From Armatimonadota bacterium (lineage in GTDB: Bacteria; Armatimonadota; UBA5829; DTLH01), in the NCBI GenBank assembly GCA_038207085.1, contig JBBRAE010000019.1:1-56971 (forward strand): a stretch of DNA of 56,971 bases, read 5' to 3'. The translations under genes were made by a program, and so were the position numbers. Positions within the stretch are counted from its first letter, which is position 1, and the number at the start of each line of letters is the position of its first letter. Shown piece by piece: positions 37,225 to 45,502 of this stretch. Under the pieces are notes generated by a model. It saw nothing but the letters and a program-made list of their open reading frames with translations. It was not told the origin of the DNA and did not search any database.

Positions 37225-37256
37225 TGTAGTGGCCGTCACGGCGGACGGCCACTACA
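37225..37256. repeat. Perfect 13-bp palindrome beginning (T)GTAG, REP-like
   Basis: TGTAGTGGCCGTC-acggcg-GACGGCCACTACA. Confidence 0.6.
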
Positions 37257-37481
37257 CTTCTAAGACACGCTCTTACAAGAAGCTGCTGGGCGATAGACGG
37301 TTCCAATAACTAACAGACCAGAAACCACTCTGCCGACCATGCTACCACCAATTTACAGTATCTCTGGTTTCAAGTCAATCACATGTAAATTGCCGACTTG
37401 ATCACCGCTATGCAGGCCACATAGGAAACACAACCTCTCACAGGTGATTCATAACGATTTCGCTCGGCGAACTCACGGACG

Positions 37482-37901
37482 ATGTGTGGGAACGCAATGA
37501 GTGAGGCACTGCGGAACGAGACCTGGGACATCATCATCGCCGACCACACCTTGCCTGGTTTCAGCGGGCTACAAGCGCTCCATATTCTCCACGACAGCGG
37601 ACTGGACATCCCGCTTATCTTTGTCTCCGGGGCTACCGATGAACTCGCAAAAGTTGACATGATGCTTGCAGGCGCTTCGGGCTTCATAGCAAAGCACAGT
37701 CTCTCCCGCCTCGTGCAGGCGGTGGCTCGGGAACTCAGGGAAGCAGGGAGCCGCAGGGGGTTCGCCGCAACTCTGCTCGTCGATGCGTCACGAGGGGTTA
37801 ACCTCCAGCCCGACGACTCAGATCGGGCGATCGAGGCGATGAAGCAGACCGGAGCAGACGTGAAATCACTCACCCAAGTCGAGAGTGAGCTCGTGAGTTA
37901 G
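37482..37901 (+). pseudogene. N-terminally truncated response regulator receiver domain
   Basis: WDIIIADHTLPGFSG, IPLIFVSG and AGASGFIAK..LSRLVQAVARELREA are present, but the beta1 acidic pocket and helix 1 are missing. Confidence 0.6.
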
Positions 37902-37902
37902 C

Positions 37903-38445
37903 TTACGCCTCTGCCTCACGGGGAACATAGGCATTGGGACGAGGGATCAGCATCGGCACGTTCTCACGGTAGTGCTCGTAGTACACCCCAAACCGGCGCG
38001 CCAGCTCCTTTTCCTCGAACAGCTTGAGGTAGACCATTGAGAGAACCGCAACCACCGGCACAAGCACGATTCCTGAGAGCGAGTTCGCAACAAACCCGAC
38101 CCCGAGCAGAATGAACAAGAAGCCGAACACGAGTGGGTTGCGCACGTAGGCGTAGGGGCCAGCGGTCACGAGGTTCTGAGTCGGCTCAAATGCGATCCCG
38201 AACGCCTCAGCGGGACTCCCCGCGCCAGCGTAGATGAGGTATGAATAGGCCCAGAATAGCCAGAACGCGCCAAGCGACCAGCTGATCCCGGCCAGTAGAT
38301 ACGCGGCCCGTTGGTCTATTCGGCCCTCCGGAACCCCGAGGGCGCGGTCGATCGAGGTAGCAAGCAGCCAGTAGGCGACGGGCATCACGAACCCGACCAG
38401 AAGAACCGACATCACCGTCCCAATTAGCACGCGAAACTTTGTCAT
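37903..38445 (-). CDS. Isoprenylcysteine carboxyl methyltransferase / PEMT family membrane protein
   Basis: LVTAGPYAYVRNP and EEKELARRFG..Y..Y...VP. ATG at 38445 with GAGGTGG upstream is preferred to 38481. Confidence 0.85.
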   Translation of the reverse strand: MTKFRVLIGTVMSVLLVGFVMPVAYWLLATSIDRALGVPEGRIDQRAAYLLAGISWSLGAFWLFWAYSYLIYAGAGSPAEAFGIAFEPTQNLVTAGPYAYVRNPLVFGFLFILLGVGFVANSLSGIVLVPVVAVLSMVYLKLFEEKELARRFGVYYEHYRENVPMLIPRPNAYVPREAEA

Positions 38446-38521
38446 ATTGCCACCTCTCTCTACCTCTACTATTGTCCCCATAGAGGGAGGCTTCTAAACG
38501 GGGCGTTCAGCCCAAAGTGAG

Positions 38522-38547
38522 GTTTCGGGGACGGGGGTCCCCGAAAC
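38522..38547. terminator. 11-bp hairpin downstream of the sugar isomerase gene (terminator- or REP-like)
   Basis: GTTTCGGGGAC-gggg-GTCCCCGAAAC, with only a weak U tract. Confidence 0.4.
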
Positions 38548-38564
38548 AACCGGACACCTCACTG

Positions 38565-39335
38565 CTAATTGGCAATATTCTCTTTCAGATAATCGAAGCT
38601 GATCTTGAGCGACTCGAAGGGGTCGCCGGGGGTCGAATCCTGCTCGACGATGAACCACTCGCAGCCCGAGGCCTCAGCGGCGGGGACGATCTCCTGCCAG
38701 TTCAGGTTGCCTCGACCGATTTCAGCGAATTGCACGGTATGGTCAGGCAGCACGCCGTAGTCTTTCAGGTGAAGCAAGGGCAGCCGGTTCGCAAGCTTCT
38801 TGCACCAGGCCGTAGGGCTTCCTCCGCCGTACTGCACCCAGTAAGTGTCGATCTCACCCTGAAGGTTCGCCGGGTCGGTATTATCGTAGATCACGTCGAG
38901 GACGAGCTTGCCGTCCACCTTGGTGAACTCCTGATGGTGGTTGTGATAGGTCAGCACCTGACCCGCGTCCCGGAGCACCTTGCCCGAGGCGTTTAGCCCG
39001 GCGGCGAACTTCTTCACCGACTCCATCGTGCTAAAATCTACGTTTGCAGGGAACGGATACGCCGTATACTTGCACGAAAGCTTCGCCAGCCGCTCTACGA
39101 CCTTCTGCGGCTCGTTTAGGATCGTGTCGCCGTTCTCATGGGTCGCGCAGCAGACGAGACCTTCGCCGTCGAGGATCTTCATAAGCTCATCCTCTGCAAT
39201 CGGCCCCATGCCACTGATCTGCACCGCCTTGTAACCGATCCGGCTGATCTTCCTCATGGACAGAGCGATGTCCGCCGGTGTCTTCAGATACTCTCTCACT
39301 GTGTAGAGTTGCGCTGCGACTTGTTCGAGTTTCAT
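38565..39335 (-). CDS. Sugar phosphate isomerase/epimerase (xylose isomerase-like TIM barrel)
   Basis: QLYTVR, YHNHHQEF, EIDTYW, LHLKD, GRGNLNW and IVEQD. Confidence 0.9.
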   Translation of the reverse strand: MKLEQVAAQLYTVREYLKTPADIALSMRKISRIGYKAVQISGMGPIAEDELMKILDGEGLVCCATHENGDTILNEPQKVVERLAKLSCKYTAYPFPANVDFSTMESVKKFAAGLNASGKVLRDAGQVLTYHNHHQEFTKVDGKLVLDVIYDNTDPANLQGEIDTYWVQYGGGSPTAWCKKLANRLPLLHLKDYGVLPDHTVQFAEIGRGNLNWQEIVPAAEASGCEWFIVEQDSTPGDPFESLKISFDYLKENIAN

Positions 39336-39357
39336 AGATCTTCCTTTCGGTAACAGA

Positions 39358-40506
39358 CTAAAACGACCCCGTAAGGTCGGCTACTTTTGCGTTGACGTTC
39401 TTCTTGACGTATCTCGAAGTGGCGATGAGCTTCTTCAGCTCAGTCTCAAACGCCGCGCCGTCCATCGGAAGCTCGACCGTCTGTCCGAGAATCGAGGAGA
39501 AGAGCATCGCGTTCCCAAGTTCGACTGAGTTGATGCCTTCATGGGCAGGAGCGAGCAGTTCCTTGCCGTCGAGAATCGCGTCTGTGAAGTTCTGAATGAT
39601 CTCCATATGCTGGCCGCCGGAGCCTGACACCGGTATGTTGATATTCCAGACGCTCGGCCTACTGAAGCTCTCTTGCGTGGTGGTGCTGAACTCCGTGGTC
39701 GGTGTTTCGTTTCGTGTCCAGGTGATTGTGTCGTTCTCGACTACCAGCTTGCCGCGCTCAACCGCAATCTCCAGCCTGTTTGTGCCGGGGGCCTCGCCGG
39801 TTGTTGTTATAAAGACGCCGGTTGCGCCGTTTGGATACTCAAGATAGGCCGTGACCTGGTCCTCGACCTCTATGTCGTGCTTTACGCCGAAGCCACAGAA
39901 CGCTCGCACGCGCTCCGGCATCCCGCACATCCACTGCAAAAGATCGAGCTGATGCGGACACTGATTCAGCAGCACCCCGCCGCCTTCACCGCGCCACGTG
40001 GCTCTCCAGCCGCCGCTTGAGTAGTAGGCCTCGCTCCTGAACCAGTCGGTGACGATCCAGTTCACGCGAGATATGTCGCCAAGCTCACCAGTTTGAATGA
40101 GCTCTCTAACCTTCTTGTATGCGGGGTTCGTGCGTTGATTGAACATCGCGGAGAACACCTGGCCCTCGCCCTTGTGGGCGGCGATCAGACGCTCGCAGTC
40201 GGCTTTGTGGACGGAAATCGGCTTTTCCGTGAGAACGTGAAGACCCTGCTCCAGCGCGTCGATGCCGACCGTGGTATGATCGTAGTGAGGTGTCGCTATC
40301 AAAACAGCGTCGACTTCCCCGGAGCGAATCAGCTCAGAGCTGTCTGTATAAGTCTTCAGATCTTTGAACTGCTCTAGCCTGGCGGGGTCGATATCACACA
40401 CCGCAACTAGCTTGCAGCGACTGACATTTCCGTCCAGTAAGCCCTTCGCGTGTGAGCTTCCCATCGATCCAACGCCGATGATTCCTAACCTGACTTCCTT
40501 ACTCAT
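39358..40506 (-). CDS. Gfo/Idh/MocA family oxidoreductase
   Basis: GIIGVGSMG, IATPHYDH, HVLTEKP and GGGVLLNQCPHQLD. Start at ATG 40506 (MSKEVRL). Confidence 0.9.
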   Translation of the reverse strand: MSKEVRLGIIGVGSMGSSHAKGLLDGNVSRCKLVAVCDIDPARLEQFKDLKTYTDSSELIRSGEVDAVLIATPHYDHTTVGIDALEQGLHVLTEKPISVHKADCERLIAAHKGEGQVFSAMFNQRTNPAYKKVRELIQTGELGDISRVNWIVTDWFRSEAYYSSGGWRATWRGEGGGVLLNQCPHQLDLLQWMCGMPERVRAFCGFGVKHDIEVEDQVTAYLEYPNGATGVFITTTGEAPGTNRLEIAVERGKLVVENDTITWTRNETPTTEFSTTTQESFSRPSVWNINIPVSGSGGQHMEIIQNFTDAILDGKELLAPAHEGINSVELGNAMLFSSILGQTVELPMDGAAFETELKKLIATSRYVKKNVNAKVADLTGSF

Positions 40507-40667
40507 AGAATGGTCCTTTGGGTTTTCGGTAGTATGTCTGCAAACAGTATGCAGCGTCAATGGACCCTTCGCCATACGCAGGTGATGTCCCTCCGAAACC
40601 TAAGAGGAATATTGGACCAAATGCGAGAATTATCAGTTAAGCACAAGATTCGCAGGAGAACCATAGC

Positions 40668-41237
40668 ATGTTGAAAGACATCGTCAAGAAGAATAGAAGC
40701 TACAGGCGCTTTGATGAGAGCCGACCTATCGAGCGTAAGACGCTAATTGAGTTGATCGACCTGGCCCGTCTTTCACCTTCGGCTGCGAACCTTCAGCCGC
40801 TGAAGTATGCAATCTCGAACGCCCCGGATGTGAACGACAAAGTCTTCCCCACCCTCGCCTGGGCGGGCTACTTGAAGGACTGGGACGGCCCATCAGAGGG
40901 TGAACGGCCATCGGCTTATATTATAATTCTTGGCGACACGGCGATATCGAAGAACGTCGGCTGCGACCACGGCATCGCTGCCCAGAGCATCCTGCTTGGC
41001 GTTGCGGAAATAGGCCTCGGCGGGTGCATGATCGGTTCTGTCGATCGCGACGCGCTTCGGTTATCGCTGGCTATCCCGGCCGGACTTGAGATACTTCTGG
41101 TGCTTGCCATCGGCGTGCCTGTCGAAAAGGTTGTGATAGAAGACGCGGGCCTCGACGGGGCGATCAAATACTACCGCGACGCAGACCAGATCCACCACGT
41201 CCCCAAGAGGCCCATAAAAGATATTGTGATCGGCTGA
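40668..41237 (+). CDS. Nitroreductase family protein
   Basis: NRSYRRF, SPSAANLQP, DHGIAAQ..GLGGC and HHVPKR. Confidence 0.9.
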   Translation: MLKDIVKKNRSYRRFDESRPIERKTLIELIDLARLSPSAANLQPLKYAISNAPDVNDKVFPTLAWAGYLKDWDGPSEGERPSAYIIILGDTAISKNVGCDHGIAAQSILLGVAEIGLGGCMIGSVDRDALRLSLAIPAGLEILLVLAIGVPVEKVVIEDAGLDGAIKYYRDADQIHHVPKRPIKDIVIG

Positions 41238-41370
41238 TTCCCCCAAAACTTTTCCGAAATGCAGATTATTTCGGAAGGAATCACTGTTAGCGATATATAA
41301 GTAATATTTAAGTAGAATGTCGGGTATAGTAAAGAAACAACTTGGCGTCCCCTGCTTTTAGGGAGGGTTT

Positions 41371-41721
41371 ATGCGCAGACGTGATCTGACCGCGCGCGTG
41401 ATAGGGTTGCTCGTTTTCGCGCTCGGTATCGGTATTCTTGTTTTTTCGTTCTACGTTGCATACCATCAGCTATTTGCCTCGCCCACGGCGGGGATTGCCG
41501 TCGCGCCTGCCAAACCCGGCGGACCAACTGCCACTACGATTCTAAGCCAATCGGCTCTTGCAATGATAATTCGCTTGGGTGCGCTTTTCATTATGGTGCT
41601 GGTAGGCTCGCTTCTTGCAAGCCGGGGAGTGCAGATGTATTTCGCTTCGAACGCATCCCATACAACTGATATCGTCGTTCCTGACCCTGGTCCCTCAAAG
41701 ACTGAGGACACAGGTTCATAA
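41371..41721 (+). CDS. Hypothetical two-TM membrane protein
   Basis: GGGAGG RBS, two hydrophobic segments and a terminator immediately downstream. Confidence 0.7.
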   Translation: MRRRDLTARVIGLLVFALGIGILVFSFYVAYHQLFASPTAGIAVAPAKPGGPTATTILSQSALAMIIRLGALFIMVLVGSLLASRGVQMYFASNASHTTDIVVPDPGPSKTEDTGS

Positions 41722-41725
41722 TATT

Positions 41726-41760
41726 GTGCCGCGGAGGAAACTCTGCGGCACTTTCACTTT
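41726..41760 (+). terminator. Rho-independent terminator
   Basis: GTGCCGCGGAG-gaaa-CTCTGCGGCAC followed by TTTCACTTT. Confidence 0.75.
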
Positions 41761-41847
41761 CGGGTGATCAACGTAGCTTGCCCGAGAGTTGCACAACTCA
41801 ATATAGATCCCGTTTTCATTACCAATCTACTTTACAAGAGGTGCAGT

Positions 41848-42072
41848 ATGGTGAACTATCAAATGGGAGATGAGATTGTGGTAAAGGTCGACAGGTCCGG
41901 TATTGACTGGGACAAAGGCATCGGCCACCTGTCTGACGACTCGATGGTGGTGATAATCGGCGCAGGCCGACGCGTGGGACAGGAAGTCCAAGCAATCATC
42001 GCCGGACAAGTAGAGACGAGCGCGGGAAGTTCATACGTAGCCTACACGAAGGCGCTCGCAGCCCCCATATAG
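41848..42072 (+). CDS. Stand-alone TRAM domain protein (74 aa)
   Basis: GDEIVVKVDRSG....GIGHLSDDSMVVI.GA...VGQEV......ETSAG resembles the TRAM domain of PIN/TRAM (YacL-type) proteins. GAGGTG RBS before ATG 41848. Confidence 0.7.
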   Translation: MVNYQMGDEIVVKVDRSGIDWDKGIGHLSDDSMVVIIGAGRRVGQEVQAIIAGQVETSAGSSYVAYTKALAAPI

Positions 42073-42119
42073 AAACTTTCAGCGGTGGGGTGCTGGCCGG
42101 TCCCGCATCCCACCAAGCC

Positions 42120-42490
42120 CTACAGCAATAGCTCGTCCGCGCCGCGAACTACGACCGCGAACCTATCCCCCAGAGCCGCAATGTTCGCCCGATGCACATC
42201 CTGCACAGAAATCACCCCGCCGAAACCGTCCGGCAGGTCACGAGTCGCACAAGCGCCAGAGACAAGCGTGGTAAAGTATCCGTGTTCAATAGCCGCCCGA
42301 ACCGTCGTGCTGACGCACATATGGGTCATAAAGCCCATCACTATCAGCTTCTTCCTGCCTGTTTGGTCGATCATCTCGCGCAGGTTTGTCCCTGCGAACA
42401 AGTTCGGAAGCGTTTTGACGCCAACAGATCTCCTTCCCTCGGAGCGAATGCGTCCACGATCTCCACACCTTCGTGGTCAAGAAGAGTCCT
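42120..42490 (-). pseudogene. Isochorismatase/cysteine hydrolase family pseudogene (5' truncated, frameshifted)
   Basis: VKTLPNLFAGTNL...GFMTHMCVSTTVRAA...ACATRDLP...LGDRFA. The upstream EIVDAFAPREG lies in a different frame (shift near 42430) and the N-terminus is missing. Confidence 0.75.
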
Positions 42491-42496
42491 TAGGCC

Positions 42497-42570
42497 GCTT
42501 TATTCGTGAAGCGAATAAAGCTTTCGCTAACAGAGCATTATTCACGCTACTCGTGAATAATGCGGGTTAG
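42497..42570. repeat. Two adjacent related palindromes
   Basis: GCTTTATTCG-tgaag-CGAATAAAGC (42497-42521) and CTAAC..GCATTATTCACG-ctact-CGTGAATAATGC..GTTAG (42527-42570). Confidence 0.65.
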
Positions 42571-42624
42571 TGTGATTTGATCCACATTATCCTCCATAGG
42601 GCATGGGTGATAGTTCAAAAGCAC

Positions 42625-43239
42625 TTACTTAGGCCTGCTGACGCCTCGGAGGTGAAGCTCCCCACCCTGGGCTGTGATCTGCCGAACGTCGGCGGGCAGT
42701 TTCAACTCGCCTGAACGGAACATATCGTCGAACATCTCCTGTGCCTTCCCCGCAAGCATCGGAGCGCTCAGCTTGCCGAGCTTGACAGAGATATTCGCAA
42801 GCTTGACCCGACCGTCAGCCCCTGCCACAGGCCGACCGCAAAGCGTAACGTAGGCCTTTTTGTCGTGATAGGTCATAAACCCCGAAACCGTGACTCGGCC
42901 GTTCTCAAAGACAAACCTGGGGTCTTTCATACCTTTGGCACGGAGGCGGGCCTTGATTTTAGAGTCACTAGCGGCGAAGGTGGTGAGCTCATCGTCGGTG
43001 ATATGGACGTGAAACGGCTTTCTTTTGCCCTGCTCCGCGGCCCGGGCGATGCCCGAAACGGTCTTTCGAGCCTGGGCGACGGCCTGCTTCGCTTCGGCAG
43101 CCTGAACAGGCGCAGCCGGCGGAAGAGCTTTTGGGGTGTAGCTTGCCATGTTCTTTAGAACACAGAGTCCGCCAGCCAGAAGCACCAGACAAGCAAAGAT
43201 CAGCCTGCCCGGTCGTTTCCTCCTCCGCCGTCTAGCCAT
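42625..43239 (-). CDS. Hypothetical membrane-anchored protein
   Basis: Basic N-terminus plus TM helix and a beta-rich C-terminal part (ITDDELT...RQITAQGGELHLRG); 6 nt downstream of trkA. Confidence 0.7.
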   Translation of the reverse strand: MARRRRRKRPGRLIFACLVLLAGGLCVLKNMASYTPKALPPAAPVQAAEAKQAVAQARKTVSGIARAAEQGKRKPFHVHITDDELTTFAASDSKIKARLRAKGMKDPRFVFENGRVTVSGFMTYHDKKAYVTLCGRPVAGADGRVKLANISVKLGKLSAPMLAGKAQEMFDDMFRSGELKLPADVRQITAQGGELHLRGVSRPK

Positions 43240-43245
43240 ATAATT

Positions 43246-43917
43246 CTACCTCAGAGTATGCGTTGCCCCAAATGCCTCGCGCAGTTCGTGCTCGCGGTCT
43301 GACTTCACAAGCGCGATAACGTCGTCGCCGGGCTCGATTCTTGTGTCAAAGTTCGGGATTAACGCGTGCTCGCCGCGCACGACTGAGATAATCAGCGTAT
43401 CGAGCGGCAGATCAAGCTTTGCGATTCTCTCACCGAGCACCGGAGAGTCATCCGACACGTCGATCTCGACGATCTCAAGGTTCCCACGGCGAAGCGCCGC
43501 AAGCGGGATCACCTGATCGCTCTCGATCTGCTGCTCAAGCAGGTTGTAGATGATCTTGGTGCTGACAACCGTCTGATCGATCCCTACCCGAGTAAAAAGC
43601 TCTTCGTTCTTCGGGTTGTTCACGCGCGAAATGACCTTCGGCACGCCAAATTTGCGCTTGGCAAGCTGAGAGATGACGAGGTTGTCGCCGTCGTCGTTGG
43701 TCACAGCGACCACAACGTCCGCGCGCTCCATACCTGCATCTTTCATGGTCTGCATCTCAGAGGCGTCGCCCCGAACAACCACGTCACCGAGTTCGTCGCG
43801 AAGCTTGTCCACCTCGCGCCTGTCTTGCTCGATCAAGAGCACCTCATGGCCTTCACTCATGAGTGTCTTGGTAAGATAGTACCCAACTTTTCCGCCGCCT
43901 GCAACAATTACGTACAC
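43246..43917 (-). CDS. trkA: TrkA family potassium uptake protein (RCK_N + RCK_C)
   Basis: IVAGGGKVG, GDASE..AG..RADVVVAVT.DD..NL and a C-terminal TrkA_C. GTG start with GGAGG RBS. Confidence 0.88.
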   Translation of the reverse strand: MYVIVAGGGKVGYYLTKTLMSEGHEVLLIEQDRREVDKLRDELGDVVVRGDASEMQTMKDAGMERADVVVAVTNDDGDNLVISQLAKRKFGVPKVISRVNNPKNEELFTRVGIDQTVVSTKIIYNLLEQQIESDQVIPLAALRRGNLEIVEIDVSDDSPVLGERIAKLDLPLDTLIISVVRGEHALIPNFDTRIEPGDDVIALVKSDREHELREAFGATHTLR

Positions 43918-43931
43918 TTCATCGCCTCCAG

Positions 43932-44378
43932 TTATACCGACTTCAGTTCGAGGTATTTTCCGATCTCGTCGCTCCACTCGCGTCCTTCAAGCGCATCAAT
44001 CATAAGCTTTGAGCCAATGATCGTAGTGCAAAGGGTCGGGATTCCGAGATCCTGGAAGGCTGCAGCGCGCATGGGGTCGTAGATTCGAGAGATTACCTTG
44101 GGCACGTTGAAGATGTCCTTGGCGATCTGAACCGAGGTGATATTTCGGTTGTCACCGTTTGTGACCGCAACAAAAGCGTCGGCCTGCTCAATGCCTGCCC
44201 GACGGAGGACATCTGGGTCGAGGCCGTTTCCAACGACGGTCTTTCCTTCAAAGTCCCTGAGTCTTCGAGCCATAGCATCGGCATCCTGGTCAATGACAGT
44301 AACTTCGTGACCGGATTCGGAGAGCATCTGAGCCATTGTCGAGCCCATCCGTCCGCAGCCGAGAATGATTATTTTCAT
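43932..44378 (-). CDS. TrkA family protein, RCK_N domain only
   Basis: MKIIILGCGRMG, ADAFVAVTNGDNRN and RIYDPMRA; GGAGG RBS. Confidence 0.85.
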   Translation of the reverse strand: MKIIILGCGRMGSTMAQMLSESGHEVTVIDQDADAMARRLRDFEGKTVVGNGLDPDVLRRAGIEQADAFVAVTNGDNRNITSVQIAKDIFNVPKVISRIYDPMRAAAFQDLGIPTLCTTIIGSKLMIDALEGREWSDEIGKYLELKSV

Positions 44379-44605
44379 ACGAGGTTTCCTCCGTAATAGC
44401 ACTACAATGCAGCCACTGGCGCAAACCGCGCCAATTATTCCCTCTATTTTTGAACCCTATGAGTATACTCCCGGTATCATGGGCTGTCAATAGATTTGGT
44501 AACACGCCTGTAACCTGCGGCAAAAATCTCCTCATTTGACCCAGTCGAGGGTTCCATTTATAATGTAAAGAGCACAATACACTCTCCCCGGACGAGTTAT
44601 TCCCA

Positions 44606-45502
44606 ATGGACCTGACAATCAGCATAGTAAACTGGAATACGCGCGACGAACTTCTTCGATGTCTTGCCTCTGTCTTCGAGCAGACCGGCATCGAGATGGA
44701 AGTCTTTGTCGTCGACAACGCAAGCGAGGACGCAAGCGCCCACGTAGTGCGCGAACAATTCCCGCAGGTGACCGTTTTCGCAAACGACAAGAACATCGGC
44801 TTCAGCAAGGCGCACAACCAGTCGCTGATGGCTTCCACCGGCAGATATTTTCTTATCCTGAACCCCGACACGCTCATGCCTGAGCCGGACACGATGTCCA
44901 AGCTTGTGCAAGTTGCGAACGATAACCTGCACATAGGTATACTCGGACCAAGAATCGAGAACCCAAGCGGAAGCCTCCAGTTCTCAGCCCGGCGCTTCCC
45001 CACCCTCGGCGCGGCACTCTTCAGACGAACCCCGCTTGGAAGACTCTTCCCGAAGAACAAGTTCGTGCGCGAGTATATCATGGCCGACTGGATGCACGAC
45101 GAGATGCGGGACGTGGACTGGGTTTCAGGCTCGGCGCTTATGATCAGGCGGGAAACGGCAGATAAGATCGGCCCGCTCGACGGCGGGTTTTTCATGTACT
45201 GTGAGGACGTGGACTGGTGCTACCGGGCAAAAGAGGCGAATTGGAACGTCGTCTACTACCCGATGGCCCGAGTGATCCACAAGATAGGGGCGTCAAGCGA
45301 CCAGAGGCCCATCCCGATGATCTATCAGTTCCACCGCAGTATGTTCCGGTTCTACCTCAAGCACTACGCAAAGGGGATAAAAGCCCTCGCTGCCCCAATA
45401 GTCTTCGCAGGGCTCGCGGCAAGGGCGCTCTTTATGATCGCACTCACCCGAATCCCGATCTCACGCGAGGCTCAAGTCGACGGCGAAAGGCTCGTTCGTT
45501 AG
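44606..45502 (+). CDS. Glycosyltransferase family 2 (paralogue of 9808..10641)
   Basis: SIVNWNT, VVDNASED, LILNPD, DWVSG and FFMYCEDVDWCYR. Confidence 0.9.
   Translation: MDLTISIVNWNTRDELLRCLASVFEQTGIEMEVFVVDNASEDASAHVVREQFPQVTVFANDKNIGFSKAHNQSLMASTGRYFLILNPDTLMPEPDTMSKLVQVANDNLHIGILGPRIENPSGSLQFSARRFPTLGAALFRRTPLGRLFPKNKFVREYIMADWMHDEMRDVDWVSGSALMIRRETADKIGPLDGGFFMYCEDVDWCYRAKEANWNVVYYPMARVIHKIGASSDQRPIPMIYQFHRSMFRFYLKHYAKGIKALAAPIVFAGLAARALFMIALTRIPISREAQVDGERLVR

Noticed and set aside
42083..42112. Hairpin GGTGGGGTGC...GCATCCCACC between the TRAM gene and the isochorismatase remnant
   Set aside because: The stem is imperfect and has no U tract. It is plausible as a terminator but too weak to call.
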